A stretch of DNA of 62,734 nucleotides, the filler included, from Dugesia japonica (Eukaryota), in NCBI GenBank assembly GCA_001938525.1. It is 5 parts of 5 records of this genome, joined end to end, with 100 filler letters (N's around TTAATTAATTAA, not from the genome) between each part and the next. Parts side by side here need not be neighbours in the genome. Positions count along the whole stretch, not along the records: positions 9,991 to 23,453 come from MQRL01578804.1; positions 23,554 to 35,531 come from MQRL01497751.1; 3 more parts are not named here. One strand, given 5' to 3'. The position numbers were made by a program, and so were the translations under genes. Below, in pieces: positions 12,708 through 26,106 of the stretch. Every line of letters starts with the position of its first letter. The stretch's first letter is position 1. The notes beneath the pieces were generated by a model, which was not told the origin of the DNA, did not search any database, and saw only the letters and a list, made by a program, of their open reading frames with translations.

Positions 12708-15299
12708 TCATAATGTTTATTATTAAAATTATTATGATTTAATATATAAACACTCACTCATTCTAGAACGCCGATATGTTATTACTGTCAACTATTAGAA
12801 ACTAAATATTATTCATTGTATTTATACTTGTAAGTATCGATTCATGGATTTTAAATATCTGAGATTTTTTAATTTTTATTTATAATATTAAAATATGTTT
12901 TTTAAAACTTTTAAAATATAAAACAGGTTTTTTAAAATACAAATTTATTGAATAAATTCTATATTTTATATTATGTTAAATTAGAAAAATTAGGTTTAAA
13001 GTCGATATTTTATATTATGTTAAATTATAAAATTTTAAAAATTATTTTATAAAATTAGGTTTAAAAATAATTAAAGATACAGGTAAAATAAAAGTATTTT
13101 GAAATTTTCTCAGATTATTTGTTTGAATATTGTGAATTGTGCTTTATCATTTGTCTTTTTAATAAAAGACTTGCAATAATCAATAAACAATTTATGGAGA
13201 CTTGTGAGACTTTGAATTTAACTAATAATACTAAAGAAACTTTATCAGATTTTATAGAAAAATCCAAATACTAACTTCTGACATCAACTGATATTCTTAT
13301 TGGAATAATTACCTCACAAAAATTAATGACATTGTTTTAGATTTATAATAACGAAAAGAATTTTGTGGGACCTAATTGAGAATGAATCAGAAAATCAAGA
13401 CTATTTTGAAAAAACCCATCAAAGTTGAAGAATTCAAAAAAATTGAAAATTATAATTCTGTTAAAGCAGAAATCGATATAATATTTAACAATATGTTGGA
13501 TTCAAATAAAATCAATTGCTAAATGATTTTTATACAAAAATATTTATAGATCATTGTAAACAATTGTACGAAAATAATAATTCCCAGAATGTTCGTTAAA
13601 TGTTTNNNNNNNNNNNNNNNNNNNNNNNNNNNNNNNNNNNNNNNNNNNNNNNNNNNNNNNNNNNNNNNNNNNNNNNNNNNNNNNNNNNNNNNNNNNNNNN
13701 NNNNNNNNNNNNNNNNNNNNNNNNNNNNNNNNNNNNNNNNNNNNNNNNNNNNNNNNNNNNNNNNNNNNNNNNNNNNNNNNNNNNNNNNNNNNNNNNNNNN
13801 NNNNNNNNNNNNNNNNNNNNNNNNNNNNNNNNNNNNNNNNNNNNNNNNNNNNNNNNNNNNNNNNNNNNNNNNNNNNNNNNNNNNTAGATCTGTAGTAGAT
13901 CTGATTAACAGTGGCTTTTTATGTTAATTACAAGGACCGTTATTAAATGATGCAAGACAATTTCCTCCTAAGGTTGTGCATACCGAATTAATTCAGAAAA
14001 TAAATACTAACGCTTCATTGTGTGAACATTAAATTTTACTCATCTTTTCATTTAATTATTATTATTCTTTTTAAGATTGAAAATTCAAAACAATTCTAAA
14101 ATTACGGGCAACACGGGCGCAGCACTTATAAGTATTATTACTATTATAACACAAGCTTAACTTAATTCAAAAACCTTTGATTAAAGGCATTTTTTTGTAA
14201 CACACCATAAATATGTATATGATAAGATAGAATCACACGGAAAACNCCATTACAACAGTTTGGAACTTCTTCAGGACCAGGTATGCTTCGAGATGGAGTA
14301 CATTTATCACAAGCTTCGCATAGTATACAATAGTTTTCTGCAGCATTCCAAAAGTATTAAATAATAACTTCCCACAAATGCTCTTTGTTGGCACGAATTT
14401 CGTCAAGTTCAGGTGTAGAAATNNNNNNNNNNNNNNNNNNNNNNNNNNNNNNNNNNNNNNNNNNNNNNNNNNNNNNNNNNNNNNNNNNNNNNNNNNNNNN
14501 NNNNNNNNNNNNNNNNNNNNNNNNNNNNNATATATATATATATATATTAAAAAAATCCGACTTTTTAACCAGTATACCTGATAAAGTTTGAGGCTCGTGT
14601 GACAATCAGTGAAAAGAGCGAAATACGAAATTTGAAAATAACTTCTACATACTTTTAAATAATGTGCTATGGAGATTATGAATAGTCTCATGCACCTCCA
14701 ATTATGTAAAAATGATAAGCTTGTAATATATGCCAGCAAATTTACATTTGAATACACTTTAAATACCAAAGGAGTCTAAAAGCTGTTTGTATAGATCGAT
14801 ATATCACATATAGTGATAGATTACATATTGGAGAGGCTGTGCTGGAGTTTAGCAAGTTGAGAATGTTTTAATCATTATTAATATCAAAATATTTCAAAAA
14901 AGCTACTAGCTACACATCACTATAAAACTTCTCTAAAGAACATAGTATTATAGTCTATTTTGTTATAATGCATGCAAAGATTTTGTTTTCTCCATTAAAT
15001 TGTTAAGAATTGAAAACCAATTTTCTTTGTAAAATTTTTACTTAATAAATATCAAACATTGTAATTCAATATAAGATAAACTTTAAAATAATGCATGAGA
15101 TTCTATTTCTATTGTGTTTTTTCTTCTGAGTATTCTTTTCTATCATTTCGACTGGAAAAATCAAACATTAATAAAGGCAGCATCCCAAGTAGACATCCAA
15201 TTGTTATTCCAATTAAACGACCCTATAAAAATAACTCAAGTCTGAAAGTGAAATATAAAACTTAAAAAATAAAATTTCCAAATAAATTATAGTTGGAAA

Positions 15300-15700
15300 G
15301 TTTTGAAATAAAGGAGAAAATTGTTCTTTATAAGAAAATTCATGATTTGCTTTATAGAACAAAATTTGGTTTTGTAAATGTGCTTTTCATATTATTCGAA
15401 ATAGATTTTTATTACATTGACAAGTGTGCATAAAACTTTGTTGAATTTTCATTATTCCTAATGAATAACGCAGCATTCCATAAAAGTAAAATTGTAACCA
15501 AATTTATTACACGGAATGAACATGAGGTTGTTTTCTCAACCCCTTTAAGAAAGATCAGATCAAATTTCTCAGACGGATTGCAATGGATTCTATCGAAACA
15601 TGGAGAAATATATATTATCTTTATACTAGAAATAAACTGCGGACTAAATTTATGTAAATAAATCTTTTTGAATATTTTACAGTTTTTCATTAACGCTAAT
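15300..15700 (+). mobile_element. Tc1/IS630-like transposase remnant
   Basis: FLMNNAAFHKSK resembles the second catalytic motif DNAxFH; the rest is highly decayed. Confidence 0.5.
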
Positions 15701-16569
15701 TTATAAAAAAACTAAATTGAAGTTTAATAATTATAAGATAGTTTTTTAAAACAGATTTAAATTTGTCGTGTTTTAGAGAGGAATTTATTAAAGTCAAATT
15801 TGTATTTAAAATTTGTATCAAAAAAATACGTTATAAAATAAATTTTTAAAATCTAATTATGTACAACTAGGGAGTGGGAAATTTAGAATGTGTGTTGAAT
15901 ATTAAATTTCAATGTGTATTAACATTTTTAAATGAAATTTATTTTATAGTGTATTTTAGAAAATATTTGGAATATAATAAAATATAAAATGAAATAAATT
16001 AAATATGTTTTTTAGTGTATTTTAAAATTTGATAGTAATAAAATTTGAAAATTAAAATATTTAACAAATGCTGATATTTGATATTTTTCGCTTTTAAATA
16101 TGAATTTTAAATTTGTTTGAAAAAAGTAAATTTATGTTTATAGTTTTGTTTTTGAATAAATTTTCCTATGGAGTTGAATTTTGATATTGATGATCCGATG
16201 AGGACTCCAAACTCATCTAACAAAAATTATTATCAAAAACAAAAAAATTCTCATCGAAGCTTTTATTTAAATGAATACTTATATTTTATTGAATAAAAAT
16301 TTCGATTTATTTTTGCAGAACATTCGGCTGACAAGTGTCTAATATGCACCAGAAATTTTGTTACACATCCCAAAAAAATACATTTTTATTTATTAGTATT
16401 CTTAATATTTACATAACTTGAGTATTACTCTTCATGTATGACGGGAGGCTTGAACATAAAATTTAGAAAAAAAATACTTTCATGTTTGTTTTGATTATAT
16501 ATATTTGTAAATTAAAATTTTATTTTATTTATTATTTAATTACAAATTTTTAAATTAAACTTCTTTGTA

Positions 16570-17365
16570 TGTCATTTAATAGTTTTCCATGTTGAATTGT
16601 TTGTTGAATATGTACTTTTAAGTTTGACGAATGTCATGACCAAGATAAGGCTACGCAAACTTATCCATGAGAAAACACAAGAGTTTGTAGGTCAATGCCA
16701 ACGCAATGAAAGGTTTGCCCTTGAAATTTGTTAATTGTGATTGCAAACGCTGAAATAATTTGAAACTGCCTGTTTCAAAATAAATGGTAATGTTGTATCA
16801 GACGGAGCTAAATCCATTTTGATAAAAAAACAGAACTTCCTCTACAACATACAGATATGATTTTCGCTTTAATAAAATTATGAGCCAATTCTTCAATTAT
16901 CAGTCNNNNNNNNNNNNNNNNNNNNNNNNNNNNNNNNNNNNNNNNNNNNNNNNNNNNNNNTAACAACTTCTTTTTTTAATGTTAACATATGAGGATGAAG
17001 TTAGAGTATTTAAAAATTTTGTAGGATAATGTAAAGCATCATTCCTGCCATCAGTGATAATTGAATCAGAACTATGATAATATTTTGGAACATCAGGAAT
17101 CATTTCGATGATTTTATTGTTAATTTCAAGTGTGTGTACATTTGTTGGCGCAAAAATTACTCTTTTCGAAAACTTATCTTTTGTCATTTGATTGATGTTA
17201 AAAATTAATGTAATTAGATTGCCAGTATTTATCATTTCTTCTTGTATTTATATAATATCTTCCAAAATACCAGAAATTGTAGGTAAATTACCTTCCCTAA
17301 CTTTTAATAACCAACTATTATAAACAGTTTGAATATTGCTTCTCATATTACTTGCTAGCTTTAAA
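16570..17365 (-). mobile_element. Helitron PIF1-like helicase C-terminal remnant
   Basis: LKLASNMR, WLLKVREG, IFAPTN, YPTKFLNTL and RQF...[24 protein letters not shown]. Confidence 0.9.
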
Positions 17366-20300
17366 ATATCCGGATGAAATGCGGAAGTTGGCTGAAAATT
17401 CTGAAAAGAACGATAAAAATTTTGGTGGGTCACAGATAAATAAGTTGACTTACTCAGAAGTGGCAGCTGCAAGTTACAGTCCAGGAATTAAAAAAATTGA
17501 TTTGAAAGATTCTAACTATCATAAACCCAGGAATGAAATTGAAAAAACTATTCCAATTGCTGAAGAATTTAATGATTCCAAAAATAGCAGAGAAGGTCAA
17601 TTAGAAATATGCCAACAGTTTCCATGAAGTTAATTGCAAGGAAATTGTACAATAGATCAAAAGAACTCCCTCAATCAAAAGAAGAACAATTAGAAAAAGA
17701 CTCATGCTTTTGCTGTGGTAAAACGGGTCACAGTTTTAGAAGCTGTCGATTACCCAGAAATCAGATATATCAAAACAATTGTGTGAAATGCATTTCAGAA
17801 GTGGACAATGTGGATGAAAGAAATAAAGATTTAAAGATGATCAATCATGATGTTAGCTATTTAAACGAAAGAGACTCAATTGTCTCAATTTCGTCGGTGG
17901 AGTCAATTGTGAAATGTATAAGAATGATGGAAAAATTTGAAGTATGGTCAAAGTTAGAAGTAAAATGGTCAAAATGTTGTGGGATACACGTGCTTCAATA
18001 TCGTGATGCATACAAAGTTATGGAACGAGTGTGAATCTTTTCCCTTGGATAGATGCAATATTAAATTGAGTGGTGCATTTTCAAAAGAAGCAGTGAATTG
18101 TTCAGGAATTGGAAAAGTTGAAATAGAATTTGGAAATGTGAAGAGAATTGTTTACATTGTGATTGTTAATGGAATAAATCCAGAAATTATTGTTGGAATA
18201 GATATGTTTAATGCATTTAATATTCAATTAAAAATGCTTAATATACTGGATTCAGAGAACATTAACAGCAAATTCATTGATAATGATAGTTTTAAGGCAG
18301 CCTTTAAACCGGAGGATAATGATTTAAAAGAAATGCTTCCGAAGTTTTCAAATATATTTATGGCAGATACTTGTGATCTTAGAAAACATTTTGTAAAACA
18401 TTTCATTCCAACAGTTTGCAATCCTATTCTACAACAATCTCAACGTCAACCAATACATCTTGAACAGAAGATTGATGAATTGATTGAGCCACTGGTAGAA
18501 AGAGATATTATCAAAGAATGAAAAAGTGCTAGAAATTTTCCAATGGTAATTGTTGATAAAAAGAATGGCTCGATGTTGACTGATTCTACAAAAAAGTTTT
18601 CATTCCCAATGCCAGATCCACAATCCTTGTTTGATAACCTTTGTGGTTGTACAATATTTTCAACTTTGGATGTGGGACAAGCTTCTTACCCAGTAGAATT
18701 AAATGAAGATAAGATTAAAACGGCATTTTTAACAAAGAAGGGACAATATTACTACATTCGTATGCCATTTGGATTATCAACTGCTCCAGCTATATTTCAG
18801 ATTTGATGCATACAATTCGTGATGGGATTTTATTTAAAGGTGTAGTTGTATATTGACGACATTTTAATATTTGCAAAAAGTCAATCAGAACATGATAAAA
18901 TACTTGAAAATGTATTTCAAAGAATTTAGAATTTTGGTCTCAAATTCAATCCAAATAAATGTAAACTATTTGTTATTTTTGGGCTATACCGTTAGCAAAG
19001 ACGGATTGGGGCTTAATTCAGAGAAAGTATTAGAAATTGAAAAAGCAGAAATACCAAAATGTACTAAGTAATTACGTTTCTTTTTGGATATGGCAAACTA
19101 TTACAGGAAGTTTGTTAAGAATTTTTCGTTACTTGCAAAACCATTATATGCCGCAATGGAGGGCCATAAATGAAAACTCAAATGGACTGAAGAGTGCAAA
19201 ACAAGCTTTAACGAGATCAAGCAAGCTTTATGTAAAGCACCAATATTAAGTTTTTCGGATTCAAGCAACCAATTCATATTGAATACTGATGCTAGCTTTG
19301 GTGGGATCGGTGCAGTATTGAGCCAAATTCAAAACGGTCGTGAAGTGGTAATTTCATATGGCTCAAGAATATTAAATGTTCATGAAAAAGGTTATTGCGT
19401 GACACGTAAAGAACTGCTGGAGTTATATGAATTCATCAGGTATTTTCTTTATTATTAATATGGGAATAGTATTGTAGCACAAACCAATCACACGGCATTG
19501 GAATTTATTAAGCGTTCACATAAAACAATCACACCACAATTTTAAACCTGGATAACCGAATTGGCAGAATATAATTTGGAGCTTAAATATAGGAAAGGTG
19601 ACCAACACCTAAACGCATATGGTATGTCTCGTATTCTTTCAAGTTAATGTTCTCAATGTCAAACCGAACATGTGGATGCAATAGTCAAGATGTCTAAAAT
19701 AAAATATCTGAGTCTTTTAGATGATTCTGTAGGCAATGCGGATAGCTATATTAACAGATTTCACTGTCAATTTTGCAAGCACAAGAAAAGAAGTAGTGAA
19801 AAGGTTCAAGAGAAATTTATTTCGCGCGAAGTTAGTAATCCTAAGGAACAAATCGTTATGGATATATCATAGATGGATATTGGTCGATCAAATAAAATAT
19901 ATATTGTTGTCATCAATCAACTTAGTAAACTGATTAGTCTTACTGCAACAAACAATTAAAATGAAACCACTGTAAAAGCACTCCATTAAACCAAAGGATT
20001 TATAAATTTGGAAAACCACAGAAAACCGTGTCAGACCGTGGTAAAGTATTTGAATGGAAATTATTACAAAACCTAGCTAGTAAGCTTAATATTTCATGGA
20101 TTTTTACGTCTCTATATGAACATAAATCTAATGGATTAGCTGAATGAGCAATCAGGACGGTTTGAGACCTGGTAGTTACTTCAATGAAAGCGGGAAAATA
20201 GGGCAAATCTTGGGATGAATTTTTTCATAGAGTAGAGTTTGCATTCAATTGTACTGTATCAAAGTCAGTGGGATTCTCATCAATGGAAATCATTTATAGG

Positions 20301-20741
20301 AGGAAGATAAATATTCACACAAATAAGGAACACAACTTTAGAGAGAAAGAAATTAAAAATAAAGCTTACCATAATATTAAACAAGCATCGTAGAGAATGA
20401 TAAATCAAGTAAAAAACCGTGTTAGTCGCGAATTTGAAGTAGGTAAAAACGTCTTCGGAAGGAAATACCCTCAAAAAACGGAAGAAGAATGATTTATTCT
20501 ATGAAGGTCCTTATAAAATTACTGAATTTCTAACACCTCATCAAGTTCGNTAAGAAATTCCACAAGGTTCCAGATTTAGAAGAATCGATTTAGAAAGAGA
20601 GGGAGAAGTGGAATATTTAAAAAAACTAAAAATTTGTTTAAATACTGTGTTTTAAGATTTAGTTATATTTTGAAATTATTAAATAAATTTGTAATGGAAA
20701 TTAAGACTTGATTTAACTAGAAATAAAAACGTTTCAGAACA
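17366..20741 (+). mobile_element. Degenerate Ty3/gypsy G3 (5'-truncated gag, protease, RT, RNase H, integrase, PPT, 3' LTR 20609-20741)
   Basis: CFCCGKTGHSFRSC; IKTAF..RMPFGLSTAPA; frameshifted YxDD at about 18850; NTDAS; RKELL; SDRGKVF; EGPYKI; PPT AGAAAGAGAGGGAGAAG followed by TG...AACA. Confidence 0.92.
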
Positions 20742-21905
20742 AAATGGCCTAATATTTATCTAAAGAACGTCCAAATAAAACCGAAACTGAGGAAAATCAT
20801 CATCAAACAATCCAATGATTGAGCTGTGTACAAATATTATCCTTGATATGTATACTATCAGTGAGCATAATGGAATAATCGAGAAGAAACAATGATGCAT
20901 TATTGCGAAAAAACAGTTTCAGTAGAAAAGAATTTAACACATTAGAACAGCTATTATTTTACTCAACAGACGGAAATGATTGATTCAAATCAATATAATT
21001 CAATCATAAAAAATTTGAATGAAAATTATTTCTAGAGTAATTGCTGGAATTATTATCCATTGAATTCAATTTCCAATAACAAATACAAACAGTCTTCTGA
21101 TTAATATAATCTATTTCGTGAAATTTTAAATTCATTTTCTTTCGAATAATCTTTATTTGAAAATCAAAATCGAGAATTTTAACAAAAATAAGTAACATAA
21201 ATTTTATGTTGGAAACCTCAACTGATGTATTGAATTTAGATTACCAAATTTGTAAATTATCATTAATGGCAAATACAATTATTTGTTAATTAAAATACAA
21301 ATTTTATTTAGAAAAAAGTTGATCAATTTATACATATTATTTAATATTTTTTATCGATAATTCGATAAGAACTTATAATCGTCACATTATACTTAGCATA
21401 TGGGGTTTTTGCGTTATTCTAGTTTAATTTAAATTAAATTAGACTATGTGTAAATTAGCTTTAGTTATTTCGGATAAAATATTTCCAGAAATAAAATTTT
21501 AAGAATGGATCATGTTATGAATCTCCTCGAATATTGAATACCCATTAATGTGTTAATCATTACATTTATTAATGATAACTAAAAAATAAACTATAAAATT
21601 ATTTCGTCATGGTAAAAATAAATTACGACAGAGATTTATCCAATACCGCAATGGATCAATCAATAAATACAATTTTAAGATAAATGCCATTTCAGAAATG
21701 TCAAATCAGAAGTACTGATTAATAGTCATTAAAATTTACTATAAAATTTTACAACAATTGAAATTTTTATTTAGAATTTACTAAATTGTAATTTTTGAAC
21801 AAAATTAATTAAAATGGTTGGAAATTCACATAAAAAACTAATTATTAATCTTTAGGTAAACAATTTTAATAAAAGAGCCAATATGAAAAATTACAATCTA
21901 TAAGA

Positions 21906-22270
21906 GTAAATTCATCAATAATATATAGTAAATTCATCAATAATATATAGTAAATTCATCAATAATATANNNNNNNNNNNNNNNNNNNNNNNNNNNNNNN
22001 NNNNNNNNNNNNNNNNNNNNNNNNNNNNNNNNNNNNNNNNNNNNNNNNNNNNNNNNNNNNNAGTAAATTCATCAATAATATATAGTAAATTCATCAATAA
22101 TATATAGTAAATTCATCAATAATATATAGTAAATTCATCAATAATATAATATAGTAAATTCATCAATAATATAATCTAGTAAATTCATCAATAATATAAT
22201 CTAGTAAATTCATCAATAATATAATANNNNNNNNNNNNNNNNNNNNNNNNNNNNNNNTAATATAGTCAAT
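21906..22270 (+). repeat. Minisatellite with a 22-25-nt unit (AGTAAATTCATCAATAATATAT...); degenerate copies again at about 22680-22810
   Basis: Directly visible. Confidence 0.9.
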
Positions 22271-23413
22271 TGATTCTCAATATTATTCAACAAATTTCAA
22301 AAAATTTTAAAATTTGTAATTTTTATTTTTGGTTTCAAAATTTCAATTAATATAGTAAAAACTCAAGTGATATATGTTTGTTCCTTTGTTTGTGTGTGAC
22401 TCTCAAAATTTTTAATTCAAAACTAAAGCTAAATGTCAAAACCAGGCAGAGTGAACATGATCAGACATCTTCGTGAAGTAATTGATTTTACAAATAAGAT
22501 GGGTGGTTAGTGGGAAAATCAAGAAGTTCGTTGGACAACAGGAAGAAAGAGAGCGAGCGGAAGGCACTCATATCGAGCAAAAATAAGATCTCTTGAGCAA
22601 GTTCTGAGCAAACGAACGTATAAGAGGAGCCTAAATGGCGGGTGGTCATTTAGCAAACTTGCGCTCATAAAATACCTAGTAATATAATATGTTAATTTAG
22701 TCAATAATATAATATGGTAATTTAATCAATATATTATGGCAATTTAATCAATAATATACTAGGGTAAATTAATCAATAATATAATATGGTAATTTAGTCA
22801 ATAATATTTATTGTAATTAAATTTCGATTGCATTAAATAAGAAAACCTTAAAATGTCTTAAAAATTTGTTGATTAATTAAAAGGTCATAAATTACTAATT
22901 TGAATATGATAATACATGTATACAGCAAATTTTTTGAAATTTTAATTTATAATTAACTATTGAAGATTTATGTAAAAAAGATTTATTAAAAAAAACATAA
23001 TTTACAATGAAGTTCATGCTTTTTAACTTTATTCGTAGGTAGTCAATAAATAGAATTCATGTCTTATTTCGATTGAATCAATTTTTTAAAAATGAACAAC
23101 GCAATTATGAAAGAACTGACTGTACAACTGAAGATATTTTATTTTTGCTAATTGACTGACGACTTAACTTTCTTTTGTTAAAACACGGCTGGATAAACAT
23201 TAAGAGAAAAATTTTAGGTCAGCAAAGACAGGGATGTATTACAAAAATGCTGAAGCCGAATCAGGATTCACAAAATGAATCAATCCATATATATATATAT
23301 ATACATAGGGCTAGAACACAAATATAAAGAGAAAAGGGCATAAAACAATATCAAGATGTATATGATGTTATAAAAGTATTTATTATAATCGACAGCCAAT
23401 ATGAGGTAGGGAT

Positions 23414-23414
23414 A

Positions 23415-23453
<39 letters not shown>
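23414..23453 (+). repeat. (ATT)n microsatellite at a contig end
   Basis: Directly visible. Confidence 0.9.
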
Positions 23454-23553
23454 NNNNNNNNNNNNNNNNNNNNNNNNNNNNNNNNNNNNNNNNNNNNTTA
23501 ATTAATTAANNNNNNNNNNNNNNNNNNNNNNNNNNNNNNNNNNNNNNNNNNNN
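23454..23553. other. Artificial contig spacer
   Basis: N44-TTAATTAATTAA-N44. Confidence 0.95.
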
Positions 23554-23949
23554 GTCATGATAATTTTAAAAATAAATTAAAATATTTACTTCTTTGCTTT
23601 CCGTTTAGAATATTTCCGTTTATACTTTTGCGTTTCCGTTGGAAATAACAAATAACTTAAAAGTTCGGTTTAATCGACTAATATGAGCTCCAGAAAAACT
23701 GAATTTTTAAGATTGATTTTTCACTGATTTTGATTTCTTTTTATACATCACTGTATGGTCAAATTTTGACAGATACAGTTGTCGTCCACTTCAAATTTCT
23801 GCTAATGCAAGAAATCGTACGCTGCTCACCCGTAGCTTCCACATAGATGTCGAAATATGAGCGTGAATATTTTTATTTTTTGTTAATTCTGTAGCGAATT
23901 ATGTGCTTACAGATGTTCTATATTTTTTCCTCAAGTGAAGAGGCATAAA

Positions 23950-24751
23950 AAAATAATACTTTTCTTAAAAAATAACAATTTTCTAAAACTTGTATGATAT
24001 GAACACATCAACACTGAATTCTTACATAAAATTATCAGAACTTCTTCTACATATAACTTTTCTTTTATAATTCCTTCTTGCTCATTATAAATAATAATAT
24101 TTATTGAATAATAATAATTTCACATTTTTATATTTTTTTAAAAAATTATAATAATAATACAATTCTTGTAATTAAATCTGACTAATAATCTACTATTTTC
24201 TTATTTATAATGATTATGATGATTTATTCTGCTTTTTTCCCTATAGTTTCTCTTTAAAATATCAAAATATTTTAATATAATTATTTGTTTTAATCTCTCC
24301 TTTTCTCTCATCAATATAATTTTATTTTTAATACATGAATACTTTCAACACATTTATATAAATTATAAATAATAATATTTTCCTCGTTTTATTTTACATT
24401 CTCCTTTTCGACTATTTAAATACTTTGATTTATTTTCTGAGCATATTTTACCTTAGCCATCTAATTATTGATTATCTTCAATTATATATCTTTTAAAATT
24501 TAATAAATTCTTCGTTTTCTCGACAACTTATTGCATCTTTATTTTTTATATATTGCTTTACCCTAGATTTTGTTCGATATTTCTTACACTTTTTAACTTC
24601 AGTTATTATTATTTAATAATCATTTCCTTATCTTTTCATAGATAATTATTTTTTTTATTTCTAATTAATTTCTTATTCATTTTCTTACTACCCTTTAATT
24701 TATTTCCTTCTCTGTTTTTCATATTTTACGCAAGGCTGTTTCAGCTCAACA
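23950..24751 (-). mobile_element. A-rich repeat beginning TGTTGAGCTGAAACAGCC; probable 5' terminal part of an LTR-like element
   Basis: The terminus matches 39952 (TGTTGGTCTGAAACAGGCC) and both have a similar strand-biased AT-rich body. Confidence 0.5.
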
Positions 24752-24969
24752 CTTCCATGGTTATTATTATCGTTCATAATAATTTTTGGAGTTATTATCT
24801 CCATATGAATTGATGAAATTATTGCAATGTTTATCAACGATATGTTTGTTGATTTTGTTTCTAAATCATTAATAACGCTATCCCGTTAGTTTTCTTATGA
24901 TCATTGACTTGACATTGACTTGTTTATTTTATTTCTTACGAAATATCCAACTTATTTTCTTTAGTTAAC

Positions 24970-25254
24970 ATGTTCGGAGATAAAACACAGAGATAATATC
25001 CATTAGACACAGGACGTGGAATCAATAAACCCGTAACTAATACGCTAAATCTTTGTGTAGACATATTAAATGACTACTAGAATCTACCCTCAGTAGAGAG
25101 AAGAGTCCAACAAGCAAGGCCTAGATTTGAGAGTGATTTCGCTCGTTTTCGAAACCCTGGATATTTCCGGCTCACTGACCTTCCTTCGTTCCCATAATCA
25201 TGGTACACTGCTGACACAGAGGCAAACCCGTGGAACGAACGCTATACGTTGTGA
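24970..25254 (+). pseudogene. ORF1 paralogue, copy B
   Basis: TGRGINKPVTNTLNLCVDILNDY*NLP aligns without gaps to TGRLIFKRYKNPYNRDAGVLVDCSNLP; acceptor TTTCTTTAG lies upstream. Confidence 0.6.
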
Positions 25255-25391
25255 AATTGACTAATTATTTAGCTTAATTTGAATAAACTTTTGACAGTCA
25301 ACTTGTTTGCTAGTGTCGCTTTTTTGTTAACCTAAATAAATTATTGTATTGTTCAATTATCTGTTTTAAATCTATATTATGTTTTTCATAG

Positions 25392-25651
25392 TGTCTAAGT
25401 TCGCAGGTAGGATTTATGAAAATAGTACCGGTCGTACTATTTTTCGTCGGGTAGAAAACCCGTACCGCGTAGAAGCTGAGCTTTCTCATGCTCAGGAATG
25501 AATGTTGAAAGGACAGTTCGAATCGTTTGCAGAGAATATCCAATCTCTAAATGAGAGAATGAACAAGGTTTTCAATGATGTCCTGACACTACGTAAATGA
25601 ATCCAACTTAATCCGCTCTTAATAGATATGGAAGATCAGACACTGAACTGA
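25392..25651 (+). pseudogene. ORF1-N-terminus/ORF2-C-terminus chimera, copy B
   Basis: Begins at AG|TG. TGRTIFRRVENPY is in frame with EAELSHAQE*...FESFAENIQSL...NPLLIDMEDQT. Confidence 0.6.
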
Positions 25652-25777
25652 GTCTGCTTGTGTACAGTGCTACCTACTGCTTGTTAATAAATATTTTAAT
25701 TTGTTCATTCCAGCTTTCTTTATTCACATAGGATTTGTAAGCTGCTTATTCTTTTATATTATTTACTTTTGATTTAG

Positions 25778-26106
25778 TGCCTGTTATCCAGTTACCCTGG
25801 AGTTTACGGTGATGTCACAAATTATTGCGCGGACTATTTACCGAACGCAAGTATGCCAAAAGGTGTGAACGAGCTCTGACCATCAAACAAAAAAATCGAT
25901 GAATAGAGAAATTAGAAGTTGTGTCTAAAAAGCAGATGGCCACCGCCATTAATACTGCAGACAGATTCTTTAAAAAGGTCAGTTTTTTAACGCAATATAC
26001 AGCTGATTTAACGGCCAATCAAAGCCTTTGAATCATCGACCAGCTGGATTGCGAGAATGATGAAGCTCTGTTCAACTTCTCTGACGAGGCTTCAACTCAA
26101 TCTTGA
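25778..26106 (+). pseudogene. ORF3, copy B
   Basis: Begins at AG|TG and reads PVIQLPWSLR*CHKLL...ERAL...KVSFLTQYTADL...ENDEALFNF. Confidence 0.65.

Noticed and set aside
14233-14769. 178-aa ORF, and a CxxC-containing alternative frame
   Set aside because: It spans a gap and a (TA)n run, and has no supportable family motif.
21906-22270. Regular repeats as a CRISPR array (also 53587-53822)
   Set aside because: The units are head-to-tail with no unique spacers, there are no cas genes, and the context is eukaryotic.
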